NCBI GenBank assembly: GCA_965215185.1
Contig: OZ244034.1
Location: forward strand, 1,920,001 to 1,984,000
DNA from: Acidimicrobiia bacterium
GTDB lineage: Bacteria; Actinomycetota; Acidimicrobiia; Spongiisociales; ZC4RG35
Direction of reading: 5' to 3'
DNA: 64,000 nucleotides
Numbering within the stretch: the stretch's first letter is position 1; each line of letters opens with the position of its first letter. The notes under the pieces are model-generated. The model was not told where the DNA came from. It did no database searches and saw only the letters and a list, made by a program, of their open reading frames with translations. This document shows positions 1 to 10,684 of this stretch, piece after piece. Position numbers and translations under genes: made by a program.

Positions 1-355
1 GGCCTCTGCGGATGTGATCGCCGCCCTGCGCCGGGCCTCGCGAGGCGCGGCTGACATCCACGAGGGCTTGACCCTGACCAGCGCCGTGTTCTACTCACAT
101 GACATTCTGGGTTCCGACTTGACCCTTTGGCAGAAGACCGGAGTGAGGGCGGTCGAGATGGAATGTGCGGTGCTGTTTGTGCTGGCCGGACTGGCAGGAA
201 GGGAAAGCGGGGCCATTTTGGCGGTGGACGGGAACCCCCTGGCGGAACGGGATGAAGAGTTGGCCGGCTACAACCCCCATCGGGAGGTGGTCAGAGAGGC
301 GGTGGGCCGAATGATTGAAATAACGCTGGACGCCTTGGTTGACGATCATTGTTGA
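1..355 (+). CDS. Nucleoside phosphorylase (PNP/UDP family), 5' part outside window
   Basis: AVEMECAVLF motif; aligns with C-terminal half of the next ORF. Confidence 0.85.
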   Translation, partial: ASADVIAALRRASRGAADIHEGLTLTSAVFYSHDILGSDLTLWQKTGVRAVEMECAVLFVLAGLAGRESGAILAVDGNPLAERDEELAGYNPHREVVREAVGRMIEITLDALVDDHC

Positions 356-471
356 GTCTCGATAGAAGGCGACGGTTCACTGGTTGCGGAGCTCCTCGGA
401 GACCGCTTCCGGGCAACCGTCGGCGCTCAAGTACCCATTGACAGAGGAAAACGAAAGGGTGGTATGAGAGA

Positions 472-1203
472 ATGCATCTTCCTGTTTTGAACGTTGCAGC
501 CGCGGACATCCCCGAACGGATGCTGGTGGTGGGCGATCCCGACCGCGCTGTGCGGGTGGCCGCCCGATTCGACGACGGGGTCGAGATCGGCCGTTTTCGG
601 GAGTACGTCACCTTGGTAGGCCGGCATCGGGGAGTCAAGGTGGGAGTGGTCTCCCATGGGGTCGGCTCGTCGGGTGCGGCGGTGGCTTTTGATGAACTGT
701 TCCGAGCCGGAGTCAAGCGTGTGATACGGGCGGGTACCTGTGGCGGAATGCAGAAACATGTCCTTGACGGCCACCTGGTGATAGTGACCGGAGCGGTCCG
801 CTGTGACGGTCTCACCCCCCAGTTGGTGCCCGATGGTTACCCCGCCTTGGCCTCACCCGACGTGGTCTTCGCTCTCCGTCGGGCGGCGCAGGGCGGCGAG
901 AACATCCATGAGGGCATCACCCTCACCAACGCCATTTTCTACGCCCAGGAGATCCTCGGCTCCAATCTGTCCCTCTGGCATGAAGCGGGTGTGAAAGCGA
1001 TCGAGATGGAATGCGCGGCGCTGTTCGTGATGGCCGGCCTGGCGGGGAGGGAAGCCGGCGCCATTATCACCGTAGACGGCAACGCTTTTGTGGATGGGGA
1101 CTTTGCAATGACCGAGTACAACCCCCATCGAGACCTCGTGGACCAAGCGGTGGGCCGGATGATCGGAATCGCTCTCGACGCCCTGGTCGACGATCACTCT
1201 TAA
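472..1203 (+). CDS. Nucleoside phosphorylase (PNP/UDP family)
   Basis: VVGDPDR, SHGVG, IRAGTCGG and AIEMECAAL motifs. Confidence 0.9.
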   Translation: MHLPVLNVAAADIPERMLVVGDPDRAVRVAARFDDGVEIGRFREYVTLVGRHRGVKVGVVSHGVGSSGAAVAFDELFRAGVKRVIRAGTCGGMQKHVLDGHLVIVTGAVRCDGLTPQLVPDGYPALASPDVVFALRRAAQGGENIHEGITLTNAIFYAQEILGSNLSLWHEAGVKAIEMECAALFVMAGLAGREAGAIITVDGNAFVDGDFAMTEYNPHRDLVDQAVGRMIGIALDALVDDHS

Positions 1204-1723
1204 GCCGCGAGGCGCCCTTGGCCGAAGCCAGCCCAACAATCCTGACCGGACGGGGCGCAGGGGAACCGGTTTGTGTTCAAACGTGGCGTCTTCGAATCAA
1301 GAAGTCTGCAAAACCGACCTCACTGTTTCACCAAAAAGTCGCGATTTCTCTAGCTAACCTGTGACAATCACGGTAGCCCTTGGGGCCCCTCCCCCGCCGC
1401 CACCATGCCATGAGTTGCAGAAGCCCCGGCCAGGCTTGAAAGGGTTGTTGGCAGAACCAGAGCCAAGGCGCGCCTTGTGGGACGATTTGATCCCCCGACG
1501 AGGTTCGAACGACGCCGGAACGAACCGTCTTGGTGTTTGGCTTATGTCAATATGAATACTTCCTGGGACCAAGTCAACCGCTGAACCGCGCTTTTTCTTG
1601 ACAGCCTCGTGACGCGACGCAAAAGGCGGCGTCGGCGCAACACCGCCTCTGAACAGTTTTGGGGATAAGCACACCGCCTCAAGTCGCTTTGAACCAACCT
1701 TGGCAACGGCGCCCGCCGACCTC

Positions 1724-2830
1724 TCAGCCGGAGATTTCCAACACCGGGTCGCCTAGCACTTCGAAGCGCGGGGCGATCCCGAGTCCCGGTCGGCTGGGGG
1801 CGCTCATCCTGCCTGACGCCCGTTGGGGAGCCCCGCTGGCGGTCGAGACCGTCACATAGGAATTGAAGTCGGTGGCGGCGAAGGTGAATTCCTCGGGTGT
1901 CGATTGCGCCAGGTGAGCCACCGCCGCGGTGGTGATATCGGATCCCCACGGGTCCTCGATGATCATCGGTATTCCCGATTCGACACAGATGTCACGCATG
2001 ATCCGCGCTTTGGTCAACCCGCCCACCTTGGAGATCTTGAGATTGATGACATCCATCGCATCCTCCGCCAACCCTCGGAGCAGAGTTTCCATGCTATCGA
2101 TAGTCTCATCTAGCACAAAGGGTCGGGCAGTGCGCCTTCGAATCGAGAGGCACTCTGCAAAGGTCCGGCAGGGCTGTTCGATGTACACGTCCAGATCCGC
2201 CACCGCATTGACAACCCGGGCGGCTTCATGCCGAGCCCAGCCGGTATTGGCATCGGCGACCAGTACGTCACTGTCAGGAAGAACCTCCCGGGCCGCGCGA
2301 ATGCGGGCAATGTCATGGTTTGCGTCCCCTCCGACCTTCAATTGGAACCTGCGGTAACCCTCCTGGCGGTATCTGGCCACATTGGCCGCCATCTGGTCCG
2401 GAGGTTGCTGGGAAATCGCACGATAGAGCACGACGTCCTCCTGTGCCCGGCCTCCCAGAAGGGTGAACACCGGAAGGCCGGTTGCCTTGCCGACAATGTC
2501 CCAGCAGGCGATGTCCAGAGGCGCTTTGGCATGTGGGTGGCCGAGCAAGGAGCTGTCCATGATCCTGTTGATCTCGTTGAGCCTTCGAGGGTCCTTGCCT
2601 ATGAGATGAGGGGCAAGTTCCGCAATGCCCGACCGCACGCCCTTGGCGTGGGCCGGCAAATAGGCGGGACCCAGGGGGCAGCTTTCGGCATATCCCCGAA
2701 TCCCGGCATTGGTTTCGATTTCCACCACCGTATTGTCGAAAACCTCAACGAACCGACCGTCGGACCAGGTATACCGTCCCTCGACCAGAGGAAGGTCGAC
2801 ACGCCAGGCGCGAATGGCCGTAATCTTCAT
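1724..2830 (-). CDS. Mandelate racemase/muconate lactonizing family enzyme (hydroxyproline/betaine epimerase- or dehydratase-like)
   Basis: LDIACWD, QLKVG, metal ligands in DAN / EQP / DE, KISKVGG. Confidence 0.85.
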   Translation of the reverse strand: MKITAIRAWRVDLPLVEGRYTWSDGRFVEVFDNTVVEIETNAGIRGYAESCPLGPAYLPAHAKGVRSGIAELAPHLIGKDPRRLNEINRIMDSSLLGHPHAKAPLDIACWDIVGKATGLPVFTLLGGRAQEDVVLYRAISQQPPDQMAANVARYRQEGYRRFQLKVGGDANHDIARIRAAREVLPDSDVLVADANTGWARHEAARVVNAVADLDVYIEQPCRTFAECLSIRRRTARPFVLDETIDSMETLLRGLAEDAMDVINLKISKVGGLTKARIMRDICVESGIPMIIEDPWGSDITTAAVAHLAQSTPEEFTFAATDFNSYVTVSTASGAPQRASGRMSAPSRPGLGIAPRFEVLGDPVLEISG

Positions 2831-2844
2831 GGGCCTCGCCTACC

Positions 2845-3480
2845 TCATGCCGTTTGGCTCAAATTGGACTGGTGAAAGCCAAGGATCAAAAGCTCGGTGG
2901 CGACATCCACCCTACGGAGGGTGACGCCCTCGGGAACTCGCAAGACCACCGGGGCAAAGTTGAGAATGGAGGTGACCCCCACTCTTACCAGAAGGTCGGC
3001 CACTCTCTGCGCGGCCACCGCGGGAGTGGCGATGATGCTGATCGAAACCTTCTTCTCGGCCCGATCTTCGACCAGTTGATCGGGGTGGCGAATAGCAATC
3101 TCCCCCACCTGTTCTCCGATCTTGCCGGGATCGGTGTCATACAAACCAACCAAAGCCAGCCCGCGATCTGCGAATCCCTGGTAGTGGGCAAGGGCCATAC
3201 CGAGGTTTCCCATTCCCACGATGACGATGTTGAGCGGGACATTGATTCCCAGCGCCACCCCGATCTGGGATATCAGAGCCTGAACATCATATCCCACGCC
3301 CCGGCGGCCCTCGCATTCCAGATACCACAGGTCCTTTCGAACCTGGGCGGCCTTGATGTTAAGGTGCTCGGCGATCTCATCAGAGGAAATCGTCTCCCGC
3401 CGGGCTGGGAGCTGGTCCAGGCACCGCAAATACAGAGGCAATCGCGAAACGGTGGTATGAGGTATATCCCCCCTGGCCAT
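2845..3480 (-). CDS. rex: Redox-sensing transcriptional repressor Rex
   Basis: RLPLYLR..ISS, VRKDL..GRRGVGY, GMGNLG, ILNFAP. Confidence 0.9.
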   Translation of the reverse strand: MARGDIPHTTVSRLPLYLRCLDQLPARRETISSDEIAEHLNIKAAQVRKDLWYLECEGRRGVGYDVQALISQIGVALGINVPLNIVIVGMGNLGMALAHYQGFADRGLALVGLYDTDPGKIGEQVGEIAIRHPDQLVEDRAEKKVSISIIATPAVAAQRVADLLVRVGVTSILNFAPVVLRVPEGVTLRRVDVATELLILGFHQSNLSQTA

Positions 3481-3584
3481 ATAGAAAATCCTACACCCCG
3501 AGATCCGGCCCGAATCCGCCAGGCGCGGCGTGACCCAGGAGCGGTCCAGGCGGCGGGCGGGAAGCCTTCGGGGGGTGGCTATCT

Positions 3585-4832
3585 TTGGAGATGATGAGCG
3601 GCGCTGACGTGTTGGTGGTGGGAGGAGGCCCCGCCGGAGCGGCCGCCGCCTACTGGCTGGGCAGGGACGGCCATGCCGTGACCCTGGTGGAGCGCAAATC
3701 CTTTCCCCGCGACAAGACCTGCGGAGATGGTCTGACCCCCCGCGCCATCTATCAACTCGCCGAGATGGGTTTCGACTTCTCGGTGCCCGGATTCCATCGC
3801 ATAACCGGACTGCGCTCCTACGCCGGGGACAAGGTGATGTTGGAGATGCCCTGGCCCGACCATTCCCGCTTTCCCGACTGGGGGGGAGTGATCCGCCGCC
3901 GAGACCTTGACCAGCAGGTGGCGGATCTGGCCCGAAGCCAAGGAGTGGCCGTCCGGGAGAAAACGGAAGCCCGACCCCTGGTCCAGGACGGGTCCCTGGA
4001 AGGCGTCGAATTGAGAGCCAATGGCTCGGTGGAGACGGTGCGGCCGAAGGTGGTGATCGTGGCCGACGGCGCTCTGAACCGCTTCGGGCGACATTTGGGG
4101 GTGATCCGTCGCAAGGACTACCCCTTGGGTTTGGCCGCCCGCGGCTACTACCAGAGCCCCCGGTCGACCGACTCCTTTTTGGAAAGCCAGTTGGATATCC
4201 GCGACAGTACGGGGGCCACCATGCCTGGCTATGGCTGGGTGTTCCCGCTGGGAGATGGCACAGTCAATGTGGGAGTGGGGCTGCTTTCCACCTTCAAGCG
4301 GTGGAAGCAGGCCAACACCACCAAGATGATGGCGGACTGGGCCGACGCTGCTCCCGACTACTGGGGTCTTTCCGAGGACACCCGGCTCACCGATCCGGTG
4401 GGCGGCGCCCTGCAGATGTCGTTTTCCCGCTCTCCTCTGGCAGGGCCGAACTGGCTGGTGATCGGCGATGCGGCGGCGGCGATCAACCCATGGAACGGTG
4501 AAGGCATCGCCTACGCATATGAGACGGGGCGAATCGCCGCCGGGTTGGTGGGTGAGGCAATGGCGGGTAACAAGCCCGATGTTCTGCTGCGATATCCCCA
4601 ACTCCTGGACGGGGAGTACGGCCTCTATTACCGGACGGCCCGGATCTTCGTGAAACTCATCGGCCGCCCGGCCGTGATGCGAACTCTGGCCCATACCGGC
4701 CTGCGCAACCGCCCCCTTATGGAGTGGACCCTGAAAGTGATGTCCAATCTGCTGGACGACGACGAACGCGGCATTGGCGAACAGGTCTACCGGGCACTGC
4801 AAGGACTCGCGAGAGGTATCCCCGTTGCGTAA
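3585..4832 (+). CDS. Geranylgeranyl reductase family FAD oxidoreductase (MenJ-like)
   Basis: GGGPAG, FPRDKTCGDGLTPRA, GYGWVFP, GDAA..INPWNGEGI. Confidence 0.85.
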   Translation: MEMMSGADVLVVGGGPAGAAAAYWLGRDGHAVTLVERKSFPRDKTCGDGLTPRAIYQLAEMGFDFSVPGFHRITGLRSYAGDKVMLEMPWPDHSRFPDWGGVIRRRDLDQQVADLARSQGVAVREKTEARPLVQDGSLEGVELRANGSVETVRPKVVIVADGALNRFGRHLGVIRRKDYPLGLAARGYYQSPRSTDSFLESQLDIRDSTGATMPGYGWVFPLGDGTVNVGVGLLSTFKRWKQANTTKMMADWADAAPDYWGLSEDTRLTDPVGGALQMSFSRSPLAGPNWLVIGDAAAAINPWNGEGIAYAYETGRIAAGLVGEAMAGNKPDVLLRYPQLLDGEYGLYYRTARIFVKLIGRPAVMRTLAHTGLRNRPLMEWTLKVMSNLLDDDERGIGEQVYRALQGLARGIPVA

Positions 4833-4951
4833 GAAGAGTATTTCGCTATTGGAAACAGCGATATAGGGGTGAAGTATGCTTGTGGAGTCACGGATGACAA
4901 GAGCCACACCATCCTGGCTCCGCTTCAAAGCCAAGCCACCGGCGCGGGGGC

Positions 4952-5539
4952 GTGCAAGAGAAAAAGCGTCTTTCTACCAAGGTAAGGAAGGGAACTATTT
5001 CTAAAAAGTATCGATTGAAGCCGGAAGAAGGTGGTTTGTACCGGCTGATCGCTAATCGAGATTTCGCCACCTCCCACGTCGTCAGCGTGGTGGTCAAAAA
5101 GGGTGACCGTGGTGGGCTGGTCTCTGGGCCATACAACTTATCCCAACGGGGGCGGTGCTGGGTGGAAGAGGGTGCCAAAGTGCTCGACCAGGCCAAAGTG
5201 AGCAAGGATGGTCTGGTTATGGAAAGGGCCACCGTGAAAGACCGCGCGGTGGTCACCGACACGTCGTGGGTGGGGGGAGAAGCTCTGGTCTGCAACAATG
5301 CCCAAGTCCGGGAAGGTGGTGTGGTGCTGGACCAGGCAATAGTGCGAGATGGCGCCACCGTAAGGTCCGCCGGGGTGGTGGGCGGTCATGCCATTGTGGA
5401 ACACCGCGCAGTAGTCGAGGACGGCGCCATGGTGGGAGATAAGACAAGAGTGGCAGGAGTAGCAGTGATCCGCGGCCGCGATACGGTTATTTCAGGCGAT
5501 GGCCACATCTTCAAAGGCGTCCAAGACACCTCCCAGTAA
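4952..5539 (+). CDS. Phage-related left-handed beta-helix (hexapeptide repeat) protein, YdcK-like
   Basis: LYRLIANRDF..KKGDRGG..NLSQRGRCWV followed by xxxAxV hexapeptide repeats. Confidence 0.7.
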   Translation: MQEKKRLSTKVRKGTISKKYRLKPEEGGLYRLIANRDFATSHVVSVVVKKGDRGGLVSGPYNLSQRGRCWVEEGAKVLDQAKVSKDGLVMERATVKDRAVVTDTSWVGGEALVCNNAQVREGGVVLDQAIVRDGATVRSAGVVGGHAIVEHRAVVEDGAMVGDKTRVAGVAVIRGRDTVISGDGHIFKGVQDTSQ

Positions 5540-6068
5540 GGACCAGCCCGGGTTTTGCCGTGGTAGCTTCCCGCCAGCGAATCGTAGGCGCCCTGCGGTG
5601 TGGGTATTCCAAGTCCTTCCCGAAACGGTGCCTTGCTTTTGTTGCCACTGACGGCGGTACTCGGGCCCTCTCCATGCGGTAGCCCACGCGGGGTTCGGTA
5701 ATGATGTAGGTGGGGTTCTTGGCGTCGTCACCCAACTTGCGCCGCAGATTCTTCACGATGGTACGCACCATTCGCGGATCGCCCGGTTTCTTCAGCCCCC
5801 AGACCCGTTGCAGCAGGTGATCGGAACTCAGCACCCGGCCGGCATTGATGGAAAGCTCAATGAGCAGGTGATACTCGGTAGCCGTGAGTCGGATAGAGCG
5901 ATCGGCCAAGGTCACCCTGTGTTCCACAGATTCGATCAACAGATCTCCCCGTACAAATGAACCGAGGGAAGCGGCGTCGTCGGGCGCTTTGCGTTTACGC
6001 AGGGCCACCCCGATTCTGGCCACAAGTTCGGTCGGCGAGAACGGTTTGACCACATAATCGGTTGGGAC
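5511..6068 (-). pseudogene. OmpR/KdpE-type response regulator remnant lacking most of the receiver domain
   Basis: Homology starts at DYVVKPFS; winged-helix LTATEY..LRRKL..TEPRVGY present; no phospho-Asp region. Confidence 0.8.
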
Positions 6069-6177
6069 CAGTCTCTTCAAGGACCGAGGCCAACCCCACC
6101 TCCCGATGAGCCGTTGGCGGGCAGATACAGTGACGGCTGACTTGGAGCGTCAGGTTTTGAAGAACGGGAAGAGCGCT

Positions 6178-6408
6178 TTAGGACACCAACTCCGCAAGGC
6201 GCCTTTGGACCGTGGCTTGGTCGTCGGGCTCAACCGGGTTGGGAAGCTCTTTTAGCTGCGGCACGATCAACCCACGGAGAGCCTGAGCCTCCTGGGGAGT
6301 GAGGTCTGAGCCCGCCACGACATCCTCGGTGCCCCACATGACAGCCAGACGGAATCCATAGTCGGCCACCGCCCGGTTGATGATCTCCAAAAGAGCCTGC
6401 TGGGACAT
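6178..6408 (-). CDS. Small protein resembling Os1348/NHLP-clan leader domain
   Basis: MSQQALLEIINRAVADYGFR...DLTPQEAQAL; strong RBS (AGAAGGA). Confidence 0.55.
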   Translation of the reverse strand: MSQQALLEIINRAVADYGFRLAVMWGTEDVVAGSDLTPQEAQALRGLIVPQLKELPNPVEPDDQATVQRRLAELVS

Positions 6409-6438
6409 AATTCCTTCTCCTTCTCCCTCTTCGTCGTC

Positions 6439-7188
6439 CTACAGCCGACCGCCGTCGATCTTGAAAGCAGCGCCTGTGATGTAGGAGGACTCTTCGGAGG
6501 CCAGAAACAGCATGAGGTTGGCGATGTCCTGGGGAGTCCCCACCCGCCCCAGGGCGTTGCGTGAAGAGATCCGCTCAAACTCCTCGGAGCTGCCGGTACT
6601 GCCCCATGCCTGGGGGGTGTCGACGGACCCCGGGACGATGACGTTGCAGCGTACTCCCTGGGGAGCGTACTGGGCGCTGGTGGTCAGGGTGATCTGGATT
6701 ACGCCCGCCTTACTAACGCCGTAGGGGACGGCATGGGGGGTGGGGTTCAACCCGGCGCCCGAGGAGACGTTGACTATGGCGCCCCCGCTCCCAATCATGT
6801 GAGGGATGGCATATTTGGTGCACAGAAACACCCCCCGTAGGTTGGTGTTGAGGGTCAGGTCCCAGACCAACTCCGAAACCTCTGCCAGTGGCGGCGTCCG
6901 GATGAGGACCCCGGCGTTGTTCACCAGCACATCCAGCTTCCCAAACCGCTGGACCGTCTGCTCCACCATGTTGCTCACCTGGGCTGCCTTGGAGACGTCA
7001 GTTTCGACGAAAAAGGCATCACCGCCCATCTCGTTCACCATCGCCACCGTTTTCCGGCTCTCCGGCGCGTTGCGATCAGCTACCGCCACCTGGGCGCCTT
7101 GGCGAGCAAAGAGGAGAGAGGCAGCCCGGCCTATGCCAGTGGCGCCACCGGTGATAATCGCTACTTTGTCTTGGAGACGGCCTGTCAT
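6439..7188 (-). CDS. Short-chain dehydrogenase/reductase
   Basis: TGGATGIG, NNAG, YGVSK; GGAGG RBS before the ATG at 7188. Confidence 0.92.
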   Translation of the reverse strand: MTGRLQDKVAIITGGATGIGRAASLLFARQGAQVAVADRNAPESRKTVAMVNEMGGDAFFVETDVSKAAQVSNMVEQTVQRFGKLDVLVNNAGVLIRTPPLAEVSELVWDLTLNTNLRGVFLCTKYAIPHMIGSGGAIVNVSSGAGLNPTPHAVPYGVSKAGVIQITLTTSAQYAPQGVRCNVIVPGSVDTPQAWGSTGSSEEFERISSRNALGRVGTPQDIANLMLFLASEESSYITGAAFKIDGGRL

Positions 7189-7567
7189 CGCTCCTCCTTG
7201 AGGCGCTCCCAATATACCCGTTGCACCGCATTGCACCCTGCGTGCTCCCCTATTACTTCCCAAACTGTCCTACCGAGAATCGGAGGATCAGACCAGGACC
7301 AAGAAATCTGGATTTGGATCTGTTTTTTCGCAGTGACATTTGCGGGCATTCACAAACCGGGGATTATGGCCTTTTCTGCCCTGTCGTCGGCGGGAGAGAT
7401 CATGCGCTTTGTGACCGGGAGCACCATCAAGGGAAATCGGGACACGATAGGCATCCTTCCCATTAACCTGGATAATCCTTGAGGCAGGCTCGACGCATGA
7501 GTTGAGGCGGCGCCAACCACTCACTATGCTCAAAAAACAAGTATGGCCAGCTTATGAGGGAAGGCAG

Positions 7568-8302
7568 ATGATTTCAACGGCCCAGAACAGGATAGGGGGA
7601 CTGCTGCTGATCATCGGCGCAATTCTGGTGGTTGGAACATCACTTCTAACACCCGGATTGGCGTTGATCGACTTTGTGGACGCGGAGGACTACATCGGTC
7701 TGGCCCAGGTTGTACGGGAAAACATCGCGCTTAGTTTCCTCACCTCGATGCTGGGAGTACTCGGTTTAGTGTTACAACTTTGCGGCCTGTCGGCTCTGCG
7801 CCGAGTGGTAATGGGAGAAGACGCCACCGATACCATCACCAGATTCGGGTCCTTAGCCCTCGGCGTGGGAATTGTTGTCTCCCTCGTCGACAGGGCAGCG
7901 GTGTACACGGCTGCCCACACTTTGAATTACGGTATCGGCGCCGGCACCGGACCCGATCAGACGCAACTGTTGGACTTTGTTGCCGTGATTCTCCTGAAAA
8001 TGCAGGGGGGACTGAGCCTGGTGGGGTTTTATGCCTTCCTATTGGGGTCCATAGGTTTGGGTATGGGTCTTATGTCGAGAATGCGCGCCACCTCTTATAG
8101 AGTTGTCGCGGTCCTCATGATGATTTCCTGTTTGGTGTCACTGGTGTTCCTGTCCGTAATCAGCCCCGTCTACGGCTTGGCCGGTTCTCTCTTCGCGGTT
8201 TTCGCCCTAGCCGTCATGCTGGGAAACGCCTGGCTCGTCATGCTAGGGATGGGTCTCTACAAGGGAATGCCGGAACTTACAAAGACTGCTGGATCGGTTT
8301 AG
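7568..8302 (+). CDS. Multi-pass membrane protein of unknown function
   Basis: About six hydrophobic segments. Confidence 0.7.
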   Translation: MISTAQNRIGGLLLIIGAILVVGTSLLTPGLALIDFVDAEDYIGLAQVVRENIALSFLTSMLGVLGLVLQLCGLSALRRVVMGEDATDTITRFGSLALGVGIVVSLVDRAAVYTAAHTLNYGIGAGTGPDQTQLLDFVAVILLKMQGGLSLVGFYAFLLGSIGLGMGLMSRMRATSYRVVAVLMMISCLVSLVFLSVISPVYGLAGSLFAVFALAVMLGNAWLVMLGMGLYKGMPELTKTAGSV

Positions 8303-8420
8303 AGAGCAAAGCCGCAGACCAGGGTTGTATCTTGGCTTCCATGGAGATTCCCGCGGACATCACCCCGCCTGTTTGGCGTCTTCCCCCATGTTGTGGGACT
8401 TGCCGTGAGGGCAACCGCCG

Positions 8421-8945
8421 ATGAGGACGCCATCGGCATACCCTGTTGCTCCCGAGTTAGCCATTTCCCGCTGGTTCAATACTGCCGACAATCCGACTCT
8501 GGCCGATCTCAGGGGCGAGGTTGTGGTGATGGAGGCGTTCCAGATGCTCTGTCCAGGTTGCGTCTCCCACGGATTACCTCAGGCAACGCGTATCCAACAC
8601 ACCTTCGGCGACGCCGTCACCATGCTTGGGCTCCACTGCGTGTTTGAACACCACGCCGCTATGACCCCAGTCTCACTCGAAGCATTCCTTTACGAGTACC
8701 GCATCACCTTCCCGGTCGGCGTCGACGCCCACGACGACCGGGCCGCCCTTCCCATCACGATGGGCCGATACCAACTGCGGGGTACCCCGAGCCTCGTGGT
8801 CATCGACCGGGCCGGACACATCCGCCTCAACGCGTTCGGCCAGATCGACGACCTTATCGTCGGTGCTACTCTCGCCCGCCTCATCGACGAACCGCAGCCA
8901 GCGGCCGACTGCGACCCCGACATGGGATGTCCCGCCCCCCTTTAG
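8421..8945 (+). CDS. Thioredoxin-fold redoxin (TlpA/AhpC-like)
   Basis: FQMLCPGC CxxC, GTPSLVVIDRAG. Confidence 0.85.
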   Translation: MRTPSAYPVAPELAISRWFNTADNPTLADLRGEVVVMEAFQMLCPGCVSHGLPQATRIQHTFGDAVTMLGLHCVFEHHAAMTPVSLEAFLYEYRITFPVGVDAHDDRAALPITMGRYQLRGTPSLVVIDRAGHIRLNAFGQIDDLIVGATLARLIDEPQPAADCDPDMGCPAPL

Positions 8946-9451
8946 GAATGGGACCGCGCCCCGGGTGCGGCCTGTGCCTCCCTTCGGCTGGGAGGGGACA
9001 GGCATCTTTTGGCTTTGTGGATGGCGGTAGGCTCGGGACCAATTCAAAGACATGACGATATCATTTGGTCGTGGTCAAACAAACAACCGGGAGACTCCCT
9101 GACAACTTCGCCCACGACGCCCGGGCACTGGCCCGACTTCAAGGCACAAGCGCAAACTAGTTCACTGTGCAGTCGCTAAGCGTCGAGATCGGCCCCGCCG
9201 GGACAGACCAAGAGTTCCCTTCGCAGATCCACAGGCTGCTACCGCGAGAGCGAGCATTGGAACGCTTGGCAAAGTGACCAGGTGTCTCAACCTTGCAGAG
9301 CACCTCGGGCTAGCCGACCGGGCCTCGCGACCGGGCGGAGCGGATGGTCTTGAGGTCGGGGACGGCCTCATCTACACGCGGCCCGCCCAAGGGACGCCAA
9401 CAAGACCGCTGATTTCCAAGGCTGGCGACGCCCTATGACGATGTCGACGAC

Positions 9452-10603
9452 ATGAGCATCTCGACTACTGCAGGTGGTGGCTTGGCGGGTAATCGTGTGA
9501 TGCCGCCGCTGGTGAGAGCCGGGCTGGTGGTGGGTTTGATCTATGTTTTTCTTGTCGGCGTGTCGTCACTGGAGTCCGGCATCAAACTCCTGGGGGCCGA
9601 TGCCCAGGAGATACTTTTCTCCAGCGTGAAGAACCCGCTCGCTGGGCTCTTCGTAGGGCTTCTCGGAACGGTGCTGGTCCAATCGTCATCGGCCAGCACA
9701 TCGGTCATAGTCGGCCTTGTGGCCTCCGGGGTGCTGGGTTTCGACCATGCCGTGCCAATGGTTATGGGTGCCAACATCGGCACGACGGTGACCAATACGC
9801 TCGTATCGCTTGGCCATGTGAGGCGGCCTGTCGAGTTCAAGCGGGCCTTCGCCGCGGCCACGGTGCACGATTTCTTCAACGTTGCGCTCGTCGCAATCAT
9901 GTTGCCGCTGGAGTTGCTCACCGGTGCCATTTCAGGCCTTGCCAAACGAATCAGCGAACCCCTGGTCGGTGCGGCCGGCACCGAGTGGAATAGTCCGATA
10001 AAGGCGTTGGTGAAAAAACCGGTCGGCTGGCTTGAGGATCTGTGGAACAGCTTCGGGGCAGACGGCACCACGCTCGGCACACTGCTCGTCGTCTGTGGGA
10101 TCCTGAGCGTGTTGGTAGCGCTCGCATTCGTAACCAAGAACATGCGCCGTCTTGTGGCCGAGCGGGTGGAGCGGTCCCTGAACATAGCTCTCGGCAGAGG
10201 CAGCGGCATGGTGGCCCTGCTGGCGGGGCTGGTGATCACCATCTCGGTGCAGTCGTCGAGCATCACCACTTCGTTGCTGATCCCGTTGTCCGCCGCTGGG
10301 GTCTTGACGCTGCGCAACGCTTACCCGGTCACCCTGGGCGCCAATGTCGGAACCACCATCACGGCCTTGCTGGCGGCTCTGGCGACGAGTCGACCCGAAG
10401 CGCTTACCATCGCGCTGGTCCACACCCTGTTCAACATCGGCGGGATCCTGCTGCTCTACCCGATCACCGCCCTCCGGGAGATCCCCATCCGAGGGGCTGA
10501 AATCCTCGCCAAGGTGGCAGTTGAACGCCGCTCGCTAGCCGTGGCCTATGTGATGGGATTGTTCATCGTCATGCCGCTGGTTGGCGTCGTTCTGCTTCGC
10601 TGA
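9452..10603 (+). CDS. Na+/phosphate cotransporter (NptA/SLC34 family)
   Basis: Duplicated VQSSS and GANIGTT/GANVGTT signatures. Confidence 0.92.
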   Translation: MSISTTAGGGLAGNRVMPPLVRAGLVVGLIYVFLVGVSSLESGIKLLGADAQEILFSSVKNPLAGLFVGLLGTVLVQSSSASTSVIVGLVASGVLGFDHAVPMVMGANIGTTVTNTLVSLGHVRRPVEFKRAFAAATVHDFFNVALVAIMLPLELLTGAISGLAKRISEPLVGAAGTEWNSPIKALVKKPVGWLEDLWNSFGADGTTLGTLLVVCGILSVLVALAFVTKNMRRLVAERVERSLNIALGRGSGMVALLAGLVITISVQSSSITTSLLIPLSAAGVLTLRNAYPVTLGANVGTTITALLAALATSRPEALTIALVHTLFNIGGILLLYPITALREIPIRGAEILAKVAVERRSLAVAYVMGLFIVMPLVGVVLLR

Positions 10604-10684
10604 AGATTTGCGCCCCCGCACCAAGTTGGAGCCGGTCCGCTAACCAGTGCACATCGGGCCCGGGAACTGCGTTATACGATGGTC

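Noticed and set aside
1204-1723. Possible ncRNA or riboswitch in the long intergenic region
   Set aside because: It lies between convergent genes and shows no consensus I could recognise; an Infernal/Rfam scan would settle it.
3579-4934. Long antisense ORFs (also 13045-13992, 33044-34018, 58011-59228)
   Set aside because: Shadows of real genes in GC-rich DNA, with no motifs.
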